A stretch of DNA of 64,000 bases from Raillietiella orientalis (lineage: Eukaryota). The notes beneath the pieces were generated by a model that had not been told where the DNA came from, did no database searches, and saw only the letters and a list, made by a program, of their open reading frames with translations. The translations under genes were made by a program, and so were the position numbers. Location: NCBI GenBank assembly GCA_036172245.1, contig JAYWIR010000005.1, positions 5,890,001 through 5,954,000 on the forward strand, in the 5' to 3' direction. Of the stretch, positions 23,859 through 38,403 are shown piece by piece. How positions within the stretch are numbered: the stretch's first letter is position 1; each line of letters opens with the position of its first letter.

Positions 23859-26800
23859 GCTCACGGCTCTGGTCTACAAATGACAAAATTGCAATTCTAA
23901 AAAATCGAATCTTCGTCAAATCACGCAGCACCTTATGCACTAACTCTGTCTGAAAACATACATACACACAGAACATCCAAGTTGGTTAAATATTCATCAA
24001 AAAAACCATCTTGCTCATATCGCTCCTTTCATTATTTCTTCTTCATTATACAGCATGCATGATGAGGTGCATGATGTTTACTTTGTCTCTGTCATTTGAA
24101 TTCCTATCCATAATTTAAAAAATTGGCTTAAAAAATAATTAAAGGGCTTTTTTAATAAAAGAACTTTGAGAACACAGAAACACTTCGAGAGGCAGTAGCT
24201 TTACAAATCCTATAGCAAGCACAAAAAGGAAAAAAATGTGCATAATGCAAGCAAATAAACGAAACGCACAGAAGTCATATGACACGTGTGATCTCTTAAT
24301 AACGGAGACAAAGTCGAATATGAGCATTGATTGCAAAATTCTAAAACAAACGCATAAAGAACCAGCAGATATTGGAAAATCTGTTTCATAAGATGCATAT
24401 CAGATTTTCCCATTATCATATATATACCTTCGGATTTGCTGGGGGCACGCGGCACGCACACCGTAGGTGGAATACGAAAGTCCCCCAAGCCTAAGCAATT
24501 TTCGGGACCTGCGGAAATCAACGCTATAGCCAAGAGAGGAAAATTCATCACCAACCGATCCTCATTATCTCTCTCAAAAAGTCATCATTTATTAATGCTC
24601 ACACTGTCCATTCCAGGTTCACGTGTTCCTCGAATCAAGAATCAGGAACGGTGTCTTCGGGCCTTTCTTTATTAGGAAGGTACTAACAGACAGGTGTGCA
24701 CGGTTCATCTAAAACTGGAGACCAGAACGGAAAATCTCATCCGAATAAAAAGAGCCGCCTTCGGAAAAATACACAGCACTCTTTTTCTTTCCTAAACGAA
24801 AACTTCGCATGGAGGCATGTCATTTGCTACCAGACCTGTTCCTGATTCTTTGTGACATCATCTACATATCAAGTTGTTAGATCTCTCTTAGAACCGCAAA
24901 TGAAGCCGTTTCGGCAGCAAAAATGCAAAAAGTGCAATTTCCACTTCTTTTTTTTCCTCCTTCCCCTTGAAAGGAATGTTCACCTCAGCCGTCAACCCGG
25001 GCAATACTCCGAAAAGGCAAATCAGGATTTGAAGAAATGACTGATTCTTTTTCAACAAACTTCTGTATATTTTACATGACCGTAAAGTTTGAAACCTCCT
25101 TTTATAAAAAGAAAAACATTTCAAAAAGAGCTTAGAAAATACATTTTATTTATTACAGTGCTTTAGAAATGCAAAAAAAAAGGAAAAAAAAAAAGCATTT
25201 ATCGCAAAACATCTAATTTTCATCAAGTCACGAATCTCCTTACATCAAAAACCGGTTACCAATGAACCTGCTGGGATTATCAAGTGAGCAATAAGTACTA
25301 AAGTAATCATTTGACATCAATCCAATGCTTTCTTCGACAGCAAGTGGGAAATGCCACGACCCCCGGACCCCACCTGCTCAGCTAATTCCTGAATGAATAA
25401 GAGCGTGGGCACCCTGAACTTTACCTATTATTCATTCATCCATCTTGAAAGTTTTGACTTTTGTAAATCTATGGCAACTCGAAATTCATTGGCATCTAAT
25501 CTTTCCAACATATGGCCTCACTGTATAACAATATTTGTATTTACAAATTCGGATATAATTTTTTTTGATTTTTGGGGTTTCCTTCCGTCCTACTTCGGCA
25601 AAGGATAAGTTCGAAATCTAAAAATGTAATTGAAATGTTTATGCATAAGAACTGACTTTAAAGTGTTTAGCGAGAACACCGGAATTACTTAGTGTTTAAA
25701 GTCAGAGATGCATGATAAAGAAATCAAATCCACTCTAATGATCTTAAAGTTCTGACTGCAAGATAAAAGGAAGGCATGCAAAATTTGAGTTTGACAGAGT
25801 TTTCTCTACCTAAAAGTAGTAAAAATCAGATTGTTCCTCAACTGAAAATTTACTTCTCAATTATTTTTAACAAATAGGGGGGAGGGGGGGAGATCTATGG
25901 AACATGCAGAAATTATTCATCAAGGTGTGCAGACTGTTTTTTAATCAATTCAAAGCTGCACTAAAAACTTTTGTGGCTTGCCTATTCTTGAGGAGGTTTT
26001 TAAAAAATAAAGCAATTGCTGCGAATTTCTCTTAAGTAAAGCACATTATTCAATAGCCCATTCATTCTCTGTTAAATAATTTTTTTTTGAAGAAAATAAA
26101 AGAAATGCATCTTTGTATTGTTTTCACAGTCTTTTACACTTTACAATCACTGGGAATTATTATGAACAGAATCTGTCAAGATGCAGTACTTCGTCTCAGA
26201 AAGACACAGTTAGATGTTGCACTGATATTGCAGACTAATATGGTTTCTCTTGTCCATCAACAAGTTGAACAGTGGGAACTTCACAATGCAGATATTCATT
26301 ACAAAAACTTTTCAGTCATATCTTCCCACTTTGCTAATGGAAACACTAATGGAAAATATGGACTTCATGTAAATACTGTGAAGATTTAATAATCTTCAAA
26401 ATTGAAAATGTCTTCATGTTTTCTTAATTACAAAAAACATCGGATGTGCCAAGGTGTATGAATGCACATCAAAAGAAACCTACATTTCCATCAGTCAAAT
26501 TAACCATAGCCTATTTTCTTGATAAGCCAGCAAAATATGTCCTCCACATTAAATGATTACAATTTTTTAAACTAAGAACCTAAGAAATTGGGGATCTTTG
26601 GAAGAAATTTATAGAGAGAACATTGAGGTTCAAGGATTTTCTGTCAAACATCAAACTATGACTTGCATTATCTCTGAGCAGGAAACACAGCCTAATATCA
26701 ACACAGTTATAACAAATTTTAAAAAATTCATGCATGCACTACAATGCAAACCATTGAATATTTTCCTATAATCTATGCATTAAGTTTTGTAAAATAAAAC

Positions 26801-29800
26801 TTCAAGTTGGTTGCTGAACAACAAAAACTATTAATGAAAGCATAATAGCTACTTGGATTATTTTGTTATCAAACATGCATAGGCCCTGTCTCCAATGCTA
26901 ACACACACAGAAGCGATTTTCAGCAGATTAGCGCTGAGATTTTGAAGAGAAACAAGCTATGCTTTTAGTATTTACTGGGTCTCTCTGATTTCTGAGGCAA
27001 ACAGAAAATATATGTAAATGTACACTTTTAACAGTTATTGAAAGATTAGTAAACTAAACTTAAGTCAAAAAAACGCTGGTACACAATTAACAATATTTTT
27101 TGTACCATAATTGGGTAAATTAATGTCAAAAAATCCATGAAAAAGCGAGAAGCTCTAAATTTATAATCAGTTATTGAATGGGCACAAAAATATAAAAAAA
27201 ACCACTTCAGGACCATTTCAGTCCAAGTTTAGCAACATATTTGGAAGGAGAACAAACGTAAACGGCACAAGAGTACGACATGCACATAAACATCTGCCGA
27301 AACCTCTTCCAGATAAGATATGAAGAGAGTCTGCCACAATCCAAACAGAACAAAAAACATCTCTTTGAATAACACTAATGAAAAGCTTCATTACCACATT
27401 TTCCCATATTTTTTTTAAATCATCCATTCTTTGGTTAGCTTAAAGAAAATACGGTTTTTTTTTTTTTTTTAAGATTTTTTTTTGTTTGTTTGCTTATGAC
27501 ATCATTATTCGTGCACTGACATTGCTAAATCATTTTGGTCAATTTTTGGCGCATTTAAATCTGAAAATTCTGGAGTTCCCACGAAAAATTAAGCAAATTA
27601 CCGTAAATTCAGTTCCTTGGCTGATCCTTGACGGCGTAGTCCTTAGTAATAATCACTTGTGCAAATTCGTGAACTTTTACATGGATTAGTGTACACCTGT
27701 TCAGGCCGATTACGTAGCATCTTAAAATGACAATCATTTTTATTCGTCTGAAGTTACTGTATCGAGTTATGAATCCTCAAAGTTAGCAACCTACACTTCT
27801 GCAAAAGCACCCAGTATTTAAGCTGAATAATGGTGAAATTCCCCATGTGTTCTGCACAAATCAAGAATTGGTAGGTCCGATGACTCTATTCTCCTCATCG
27901 TGAACTCCATGACCTTGATCTTTTTACATTCCTCCATGGCATGAATTTGAATTGCACATTCCCATCCCGAACGCGGTGCGTTGCTAGCTGACAGCATCTC
28001 CCGCCGTAATTCCGTGGAAGGCAAAGCACGCATTGCGATCACAGGATGGTGCCAACGGCACCGGAATGTGCATTTCATTGAAATATAAATAAAAATTCAT
28101 AAGTGAGTCTCGAACTATATTTTTTTAAACATGCACTCTGATGCATAAGTAGGCTTCCCATCGCCGAAGTTTTTTTTTTCTCAATGCGTCTTCGTTCTTT
28201 TGAACTTTCTGTTTAACATTCTAAAAAAACGAAAGAGACAAATGGAATAAATACGACTTGCTTTCCAGTGTATTCACGCGGAATTGCAAGGGTTCCCAAC
28301 ATATTAAAGCGCGACATATCAATATAGGAAACATGATCTTCATTTATAGCTTTTAAATGTGCAAGGACCAATTTATAATTCTATTTAACAAATCGATACC
28401 TAATTTATAACTTTCTTTCATTCTTGATGGATTTATTCAGTGAATACAACGAAACGGTGAATTTTTGTTCGCATGTTGCGATTGGAAAATAATTTAAGCT
28501 GATGGTCGACTACAAGTAAACAGCTATAACCTTTTTCTATGGCTACGGACGGATATTTTTCACTTTGCATCTGAACAGGCAAACATAAAAATGATTACTG
28601 TTGTTACATTGTATTCTATTATTTTCTAACATACCAATTATGAAAACCACAAAACACGATAAGCGATATTTTCTGATTTCTTAAATGGAATTGAGGGCTA
28701 CTTTCAAAAGAGCTCCATGTTTCCATGAATGTTCATTATTTATTAATTAGATTTAGAGTGAAATTAGCAATCAGTCTATCAGTGAAAGAATTAATTCATC
28801 TTTTAAATCTTTTAGGACCATTGTTTTTTACATAACTCACTCTGAAGATGTTTTCATCCAATGCACAAGTATTTATATTAGCTGCTTTTGAAGAATTCGT
28901 GACATGAACATTTCATGTGTTTTAGTTTGATCTTTTCAAAACAGAATTAGAGAACTAAAATGACTTGGAGTAACATTTGGAGTACGTTGCAGCTTTTGTA
29001 TTCAGGTATCTTATTGATGTATAATCTAACTTCACTTTCATCACCCGGCTGCTGCAAATTTGGATGTTTATGTACTATTGCTTTTTTTGTACTTTATGAA
29101 ATGACGTTTTTCATTTAACTCGGCTTCAATCTTTTGAATTTGTTTTCATATTTTCCAAGCATTCCAGGTATCTATGAAGTGATATGATTCTTCAGGAATT
29201 CCTCTCAATTTGAGCACTTTTTTCTGCTATCCATTTAGATTATGAGATTAATTTACCAGAACAACTTCTAAATCGATAACGAATTTGGTTCCTTTTCATT
29301 TCAATCATGTTCCCAATAAACCATGATTTTCACAATACTCAGCGGCATTTATATGCGTTAGTATAGTGACCTAGAAAATAGATTAAATTCGATGAAATTG
29401 ACTCTCTTGAATTCTTCGTGATAAGAAATTATTGCAGCAACCTTCGAGATGGAGAGTTGTTCCATTAAGGGTGACTATCTTAGTCTATCGATTTATTCTC
29501 ACTGTAACATTTCCAATGAACGTCAACCATATTATTCACAGTGATGCTTTCACTGGAAAAAAAGATCATTCTTCCTTGAAAGCACATTTTCTTTACTGAT
29601 TTTTTTCTTTGGACACCTTTTTTTTAAGGTATTCAATTCTTGAAAAGTAAAAAATAAAAAAAAAAGAGATCCATTAAGACATTGAACATATGGATTTAAT
29701 TAGTATTAGTGACACGACTAATTTTCAACTAAAAAGTGCCTTGAAGTCTTATGATTTCAAATAATTATATCCTGGTTTGCTTTTAAAGAATACAAAATCC

Positions 29801-29877
29801 AGTGTAAGAGAAAAATCACAGTACATATCCCCTTATAAGTGTATGGACATTATCCTGCCTGCCTATACAGATTAGCG

Positions 29878-30110
29878 TCATTGCACTGATTTTACGACGA
29901 AACACTTGAAATTCCGTGGTTCCACAGTGTAATTGAAGAGAACGGAAAAGTTTGATAGATACAGAACAAGTAAGGGATAACCAGATAACAAGTCCTTCCA
30001 GTTTGAAAACTGCAAATAAGATTTAATCCATGCATAACAAGGAACCATAAAAATGAAGCCTGCAGTTTTTTTAAATGCGGCGAGTAAAATTCTTACAAAA
30101 TCCATTCCAT
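29878..30110 (-). mobile_element. Decayed CR1/L2-like LINE RT fragment
   Basis: 'AWIKSYL...LLSGYP' (~xWIKSYLxxRxQ...SGVPQGS). Confidence 0.4.
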
Positions 30111-31649
30111 TTTAGTCTCATTCAAAGAACACATTAAATCGGATCACTGTCTCTGTATTCCTAAACGACACCAAAGTCAAAATCAAACGATTTCGTTTGG
30201 GAGTTACTGAACTGTCATCATATGATACACTTTAGTTGACAAAATAAAATGCCAGGAAATTCTACTTCGTTAAAACCACAATTTTGCCAGAAACTTCCTC
30301 TGAACACTTACTGCTCTAAGCAGTCATCTAACCTTTCTTCGTTGCTTCCTCTACTATTTTGGCTAAGCCTAACGATTTGCAGTAGTAGATCTCTAAGGAT
30401 TCCTCTTTGAACTTACTGATGTGTGACACAGGAGTTTGAAACCAAACAGCGCATGATGCGAGCGATGGCCGTCCAATAACAGACATATTTACGAGAACAA
30501 GAGACCACGGGCCATTGCAGTTGAAGTTGTGACTAGCAAGTTTTTGATTTGCCGCTCAGTTTTCTTTCTTTCTTTCAGTCTTGTTTTCATTTCCTCGTGT
30601 TAGGCTTTTCCGCGTTCCCACTAACTCTTCTCTTCTAGACGTTGCACTTCTAGAAAAGTCATTATGGACGTCAGCTTCCCAGTTCCAAGCATCTTGAGTC
30701 CAGAACTCCGGTTCGCGGTCACATTGATCGATTTGCAGTTTCTCCCTGCTCCATAAGGGATGGATCGTGTTGGGCCATAGTGAGAAATACTGGTTGCACA
30801 CTGTGCTCATCGCAACCATGGCACACGAACATGAATGTTGCAAGGTGACAACAGATGTTGGGCCTGAGCTAACCCACACAAAATGTGCCCTCTACATAAA
30901 GCAATTCATTTTAGAAGCGATCCTCGTAAATTTCTTAGCGGAACGGAGATGAACTGAACTGAGCGAAGTTGACTGAGCAGGAGATGACTGTACCTGACTT
31001 TCATTGGTTCACTGGTGCACTCAGTTTCATTTTCAGATACATTCGTTTGCTGCATGTCAGGGTAGAGATAAGGTTTCTACGACACTAATGAGGACGCAAT
31101 ACGAACTGGAACCTTAGTGGATTTCGAGTCAGCATACTGAGTTCCAAGAAATTGTTCCAAAAAATCCTCTTTCTCCAATGCCTCAGAGTTTTTCGAAACA
31201 GTTCTTTGCTGATTAAAGTAGTGGCACATCAAGATGAATGCATTCTTGCTCACTAGAGAGCCAGTTTTCCTCCATCTCGTGTGAAGAAGACCCTCGAGAA
31301 AGCCCTTCATATGTTTAGAATAATAATTAATCATTCGGGTATTCAGCAATTTTTTGTCAGTTTAGCAAAGACACGCAACTGAGATCCAATGGTACAAGGA
31401 AGGAGAAGGAAAAACAGTGTTTGGAACGAAAACAAGGAACATTCAAGAGCGAATGTAAACAGGAGATAAGCAAAATGGAAAGATTTGGAAGTTAAAAGGT
31501 GTCCTGGAAGTGAAAGATTACAAAGCACCTCGAAAGGTACACCTAGGAAATTTGCTTTGATATCTCGAAAATAAAATGCCATTCAGACACTCTGCATCCC
31601 AATTCACATGATGTTTATTACATCCGGTTTAAAAATCACCGTTCTTCCA

Positions 31650-31950
31650 TAAGGTAATCTCGTCTATAGGCACTGGCAGTCTTGTTTGTTTGTCCCTCGT
31701 ATCTGGCACCTTCTTTCTCTCTTGCATCATCATGCGTTAACACGTCAATGAACGAAATACTTCCATCCTAGGAACCTTTGCTCCACTGATGCCATACTTA
31801 CAACATCCTATTTCCTGCGTCTCACATGGCGCGCATCCTCTCGCATGGTAGAAATTGGTCTTTAGCGGTGGTCGCAGCCATCTTCATTTGGCTGGCTTGA
31901 GAACGATCGCAGCAAAGGAAAGATCATGGGAAAATACCTCTAAAGAGTGG
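31650..31950 (-). mobile_element. Possible decayed RTE LINE C-terminal fragment
   Basis: 'QASQMKM' (~LQAxEMRM); weak. Confidence 0.25.
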
Positions 31951-33949
31951 TGAGGAGTTCCTGAAGTTACCAAAGTGTGGATCTCCTTTCAGCAGTAGAC
32001 TAAGCTCTGAAAGGTCTCCAAGTGTAAAAACCTAATCCAGCGAATTCCTCCGATTTCTAAGAAGCTATCTATAATGGCGCCGGCTAAATCAAACTGCTAA
32101 TAATAAAAGCGGAAGCTGTCATTAGGTATCTTGTAGGTTTGCAAACAGGAAAGGCTGATGCTTTTTTGTTTTCTTTTTGTCCTTTGTTTCGATGAGTGCC
32201 TGCACAGGCACTTCTCCAGGGCTTGCACGCGTTGAGCACGCGAAGAGAGCTTCCTGATTCTCTTGACAGTTCACAGTGTCTTAACCGTCACAGCTGAGAC
32301 GTGCGAGTTTGATCGGCCCTGAAACTCTGCTGCTCATCTTCGGCTTTTCAGGTGCGTTATGATGCTATGGACTGTTTCTGATGTGGAAAGCTGAAAGTGA
32401 AAGCTGAGAGCTGTTTTGGGGCAAGGATGTCAAGTTGCATGATGAAATTCAGGTCCCCATATTCTACTATTTCGTTTAGATTCCTATTTCTTCAGTTCTT
32501 TTCTATCGTGTAGAAATTGCCGTCTTAATAGAAGGTACCTTCCTCGTCATCCTGTTGTACTGAACTCATCATTTATTTCATCGCCATCAGCAGTATCATC
32601 ATGCCAACAGTAATCTCTGTGGTTATGTCGATATGCAAACATATGCATGCTCCACGTAGAAATCTATGGACGAAAATTTCCCAAACAAATGTGCCTGTGT
32701 GTTGCAGGAGGAAGAAATGCATGACATAGTTAGTTATGAGCGGAGATCATCTGCAATGATGCTGATGAAGATGCCAGTATGTGAAATATGGCCAAGGACT
32801 GCCCTCTGGACCAATACAAGTCTTTTCTTCAAGACGAGGCTTTTATCTGTCACAGGAACCAGTGAACCCAGGAAGAAGAAATGAAAATCAGGAAGCACTA
32901 AAGGACTCCCAATAAGAGAAAAAAAATTCAGGCATGCCTAAATGTAGAATAATGACTTTAGATAGCTTAATACTGAATTTGGGGAGAAAGACTCCATCTA
33001 AAGATATATTTTTATGATTATTGGCAGCATCTGACAAGTCCAACATTTCTGCTGTGAAATTTTTGTTCAAAACGAATACCCAGGGCGAAAGTCTTCGCGC
33101 GTTCGCTTGATTTGGCAACCTGATGCTGGATCTGAAAAGCGGAAAGGAGGAATGGGCCGAGAGACGCGGAAAGGTTTGCTTCATGACAAATTGGAAGGAC
33201 CGACATTCTGCTTTGCTCAGACTTTCAGGTGAACCACAACGAGCTCACCGCAATGGAAAATATGAAGCGGCAAAGAGCGGACAGGTAATATCACGACAGT
33301 GGGAGCCTGAAAACGATGGAAGTGAAAGACTAAAATCTACTGCTGGACTTCTAATGCTCTCGGGTGTACTAGTTCCACAGCTCATGCCGCCAAAAACTGA
33401 AAGGTTATCGGAAGACCAAATCGCCTTGTAGATCCAAGTGCACTTTCTGAGCCCGTCTCTTAGTAGTCAGATCGCTCATGAGGTTGATTTTTCTTCAGAT
33501 GGATAATCGGAGCCTAGGAATAAGGCAGAGCTCTTGCCGTTTCGTGTATTCTAAACAGTCGTTATGATGTGCGAGGAAGATCAGGTGAAGCTGGAGATTA
33601 ACGCGCAGTAGCTGCAGCTGGAACACAGAGCAAATCACGTAAACACCCTCAAGAGATGGATTCTTGAGAACTCTGTTGGGAACAAATCACTGGTTGCATC
33701 GCTGCTGACTTGTTCCGTACTCAAGTCAGGAACAGCAAAACTTCGTCCCTCTCACAAATACATCATTACTCACCAAATGATAGAATGACTGGCCTATCAT
33801 TCATTTGGAATGTTACAGTTGCCATCGAGCATTCTGATATATCCGGATCCAACGATCTGGAAGAAGCACCAAAATGGGCCGCAAAAATTATTTAGAAATG
33901 GGAGCTGATGTGAAAACGTCAGATAGTTTTGCGCCTAAGAATATGTGTA

Positions 33950-34600
33950 TGAGGATGTGAGAATCATTCTGAATGATGATTATGCACAACAGACTCCACA
34001 TCAGATAGGCGGACGGTATCTTCAGCCCTTGAAGATGAGGAAAATTTGACAGGACTCGCAACTTCTAAATGTGATCACAGAGATTGCTGGATTTCAGGGG
34101 TCGGAAAGAGCATGCCCGACCTCAGTTTGCGCATTTATGCGACCTTTCCTCTAGAGGGAGCGTTCCTACAAACGCTCTTCATTTAGGTGACCACTGATGT
34201 TTGTTTTTTTCTTTTTAGAAGCATTTTGCTTTTCTTCCGAGAAGAGCTTGAATCTGAAAGTGCCTGCATTGCGGGAAACCCTCGGGTTTATGTCCCCAGT
34301 AAGCGTTAAAAGGTCGAGGACCGAAAGGAGTTTACTTCGGAATATTGCTTGTTGGGGTCTCACCACAGAGCCTCCGCGGTAGAAGAGGAACCACGCAGCG
34401 CTCTGCGCTGTACTCACATGTTCAGCGTTTGGCTTTCCCGCAAGATGGAAAAGAAAATCCGGGCTATGAGGGCATTTCCTTCCCTGAAGTACTTCAGCTG
34501 CTCTTCCGGTGACGAGTCTTCGACAGCACTCTACGGTCGAAACATCCACAAGCAATGAAGTAGCCCGGCAGCACGTGGGAGTTTGTAAACGGGCTGTAAG
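33950..34600 (+). mobile_element. Possible decayed Ty3/Gypsy RT fragment
   Basis: 'EDEENLTGLAT' (~EDxxKTAFxT) and 'HMFS...EKKIRAMRAFPSLK...LYGRNI' (~GHxVS...EKIxAIxxFPxPK...YYxRFI). Confidence 0.35.
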
Positions 34601-35903
34601 GTGCTTTGCATCCGGAATTTATGCAAAGCAAAAGGAAGAATGAGGAGAGGAGGACCTGACATGCTTTCTTGAGTGATAAAGAAGAAATGCAAGCCATGGA
34701 AACTGGTGAAACGGATACTGTGAAGTGAGGTGTCATAGGACATCATGTTTTAGGATCGATCCTTTGAGAACAGGGACATTTACAATCTCAAATCGGAATT
34801 TCTTGCCATTTCAGAGATTCATCACACATCAAAAGAGACCCCAGTGATTCCAGAAAACACCCACTCGGTGAGCATGGTGCATCAGCTCAAGGCTGCTCCT
34901 CCCAGTGTTGCTTCCTTCATTTGTCCTTCGCTTACTCTGGAGGAACGTCCTCCTTTTCGAAGCAGACCTTCGTAGTTGACCACTCGCAATATGCCAGCTT
35001 GATTCCTGCCGATGACCCGCGGACGGGTTCTGTGAGAGCACAGTTCCTTATTTTTTCTGTCCGGCTATCCCCGCTCTATTCCAGTCTCTGTGAAGTCTTT
35101 CCCGGAGCCGAACGATCCAACTGGATGAAAGACAGTGGCGATAGTCTCGAAGTTTTATCACGAGTTTCGCTGCCGCCTTCTGCCTGATTCGTCGTGAATC
35201 CCGTTTCCTCGAGGCAAAACTTTTCTGGACCACAACTCTTATATCTTTCCGGTGCCACACGTCTGGTGCTCCGTCTATAGATCCGGTATTCTGCAAGCTC
35301 TCTGTATTTCCCCATTCTTCCTGACTTCCGTTCCCTGAGGCGTCTAACAACGTCCCGAGTGACTTTGCTAGAGCTCTGTGGCTTCTAAAAAAGACGATTT
35401 ACTCCTGATAACGCTTCAGGCCTGGTACCAGGATTTTCTTCCATCCATCCATCCGTTCGTTTGCAAGCTCTATGGTCAGATGTCCATTTCTCCCTTCTGA
35501 TCTTCTCGGGGTTTGCTCTGTCAACGCTTCTCTCGCCGCTCCAGCACTTCTTGCTCAACGGCTGCCTTGATAAAAGTCGAGAACTTTCTGCACTATCCTG
35601 CTCTGTTGCTTGCTGCATTGAAGTTTCAGGAGCGATGTCCGAGAAGCCGCATTGTCTCCGCAGTCCACCACCTTGGGCACTTCCACCATCAATGTTCCTA
35701 TCTCACCGCCTCCTGTCCTCTTACGAGAGTGGTTGGCCGAATGGTTTACCACCATTCTGACAAACAGGGGCCTATTAGAAGCGATGCGGGATTGAACGTG
35801 TGGAAGGTTGCTCGATTAAGCAAGAGCTGAATCAGTGGGGTGGTTGGAATTCCCATTCAACATGAAGCCCTCCCCCAGGCAACAGGAATCGAATGGCCCG
35901 TAC

Positions 35904-38403
35904 CTTGATGTGGGTAGCCACCAACTTCTGGAGCCAACGGCACATCCTCTGGAGACGCAGTCTCGCAGTTTGCTTTTGATAATGTTCATCCCTCAAGCAG
36001 ATCAACCCTTCCTGACACTCTTGCAGTTCGGCCTGCATCTCCCTCAGACCACCGTCAGCTTCGCTGATCGCGTCCCTCAGCAACTTCCCAGAGTCCTTCA
36101 GGGACATGATCCTATCAATGTGGTTACCCAGCGACGATTTCTCATCCTTCCCGAGCCCGATGGATCCCTTCACCCTTTTCTTTGCAGCCTTGCAGAGTTT
36201 GAGTTGGCGGGAGAGCTCCTCGCCCTCCGTCTGCTCCAGTCCAAGCAACAAGCTCTTCTTCTGCACCTTCTTCTTCAGGCTCCATTGCCTGCAGGAAAGC
36301 TGGTATGTTTTTTTAACAGCGTTGTCGTAGCGTTGCTGCAGCGCCCTGCAGGCAACGGCGATCTCCTTCATCACGTGGGGATAGTAGCTCATGGTCAGGC
36401 GGTGCAGCCGGTTCAGCATGTCATCGAAGCGCATGGCCATCTGTGTTCCAAGCCTGAAATGCATGCAGTTCACGGTTTCCCCGCAACCCTCGGCCCGAGC
36501 TGCTGTCGCCGTTCGAGACACCGAACGCAGCTCTGTAACGCGACTCGGACAGGCAGAAGATCGGTTTTAATCCGCACGTGCGACGTTAGATGGCGGCGCG
36601 GTGCCGCGAGAACGGCGATGCTCCTCGCGCCTCGATCAAAAAAGATGGCTGAGGTGACGTCAGCGGCGTTGAGAGCGGTCACGTCGCGTCCCTGGGCGCT
36701 CCGACTCCCGACATCTCCATTCCAAGCCATCGCTCCCTTCTGTGTCCCCTGAGGCTCACCGCATGCCCCATGTTTACGTCTGAGGACCAGAGTGACTCAG
36801 AACGACCAAGAGCCTCCAGTAGACTTCCTGTCCCCTCCTCTGACGTGTCTTATGCCGATCGCGGGTGAGAGCAAGCGTTCAGTCTCGGAAGAGGTGAGGT
36901 CTTCGAGGCACCTTTTGCCTCCGAGTCCTTCGTTCAGGGTCGCTTAGGCTCGCCGGGGAACTGAGAGGAGTTCGTCGGGCGATGGTGGCTCCAGGAAGGA
37001 AGGATCCTTCAAAGATGGCGCTCGAGTAGATGCAGAGCCTCAAGGAGGCGGACAGAACCTCGGAGTTGACTATCGGCGGCGATCCGGACGGCTGCAAAGA
37101 GCGTCTCGACCTCTCCACGGTTGGCGCACGCGGGCCGCTGATCTCTGGGAAGCGTCTGCAAGCTTCTGAATTGCTAAGCTCAGAAGTGACAGCCACTTCT
37201 ACTTGACCTGTGACTCCGCGAGAGTAGCACCCTCAGGTGTGTGTGGGTGGGGGAGGGAGTTCGAATGTTGTGGCCACTGAACTGAGGGGGGTCCGTCGAA
37301 GAATCTATTTCTTCCTCTTGTGCGTCTTTGCTTCTGGTAGGAATCAGTCTGGATCTTAGGCTCAAGAACTCTTGGACTGCTCGAGTGATGTCACTCCCCA
37401 CGTGGTCTCGTAGGAACGGAGCGCGCAGCCAGCGGCGAAAGCTCCGATAGCAGTGGGGGTTCAACGCGCGCGAGCCGGGGGCCAAAGAGAGAGAGAGGGT
37501 GCGCAAGACCGCCTATCCACCCCGGCATAGGTCGAGTAAGGGACACGCACCCTCGGGAGGCTCTTCTGGTGAGAGTCAACGGTGCTCTCAAAGTTGAGGG
37601 GTGGGTGGGAGGGGGGGGTGGAAACGGGCGCCGTTGTTCCCAGAGGACTGCAGGCAGCAGCAGCCTTTCCCATTACTTCTCCACTGAGAGCTTGAAGGCG
37701 GCACTGAGGAGGCGCGGGGGCTTCATCTAGGAGGAAGAGCAACCACAGCGTCTTTCCCCTACAATGGGCAGGGGACGAGTACATCCGGCCGGGCCCTGGA
37801 GCCGGAAATTTCCCCCTTCCCCCTTCGGGTCGCCTTTCGGAAGAGCCTGCACGACGGCGAGGCGTCCCCTGTCGGCAGGCTGGCCACGTGGCTGCCAGGC
37901 AAGCAGATCAGGCGGCGACCACCCAAGACGCCCGCGAGCGAAGAGTAGGAAGGGACCACCCCCCTCCCCTTACAGGCCAGGCTGCACCGTCTCCCACTCC
38001 ACTCCTTCTGACGCGAGGCGGCAGGAGAAGATCTGCGGTTCCGAAAGCACCGTCCGGGCTGGGATGCCAACCGTCCTTCCTCACCGATGTTCCCTGCCAA
38101 CCGTCTCCTGTAGGACGAGGTATTCCACCAGCTGCTGCTCCACCTCCTGGGCCCTCATTCTGGAGATCAGGGACGAAACTTCTTCTTCCAGCTTCTCCTT
38201 CTCGGTGCGCAGCAGCCGGACGGCGTTGAATTCCTTCTCTGGGGGAGGGGGCGGACAGCTCCCAAACCGCTCCGGACCCCAGGCCCTCCCTTTCGCTCAC
38301 GCCACGACATGTGCTCGTGCAGTAGGATCTCGGCCAGGGTCTCGAATTTGGTTCTCACGTCCTGAAGGTATTCCAGCTTCTTCATCTCTTCCTCCAGGGT
38401 TTT
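35904..38403 (-). CDS. Uncharacterised multi-exon coiled-coil protein gene(s); ends not resolved
   Basis: Phase-consistent exons 38403-38301, 38238-38085 and 38032-37974 (KTLEEEMKKLEYLQDVRTKFETLAEILLHEHMSWQKEFNAVRLLRTEKEKLEEEVSSLISRMRAQEVEQQLVEYLVLQE...) with 62- and 52-nt introns. A 47-nt phase-0 intron (36487-36441) joins ORF 36470-36730 to a 537-nt heptad-rich exon 36440-35904. Linking exons are uncertain. Confidence 0.55.

Noticed and set aside
27105..27125. Minus-strand ttaatttacccaa resembling nematode SL1
   Set aside because: Short imperfect match in AT-rich DNA with no SL RNA donor or Sm site.
35835..36752. 305-aa plus-strand ORF (and 254-aa ORF 37764-38528)
   Set aside because: Antisense shadows of GC-rich minus-strand coding exons.
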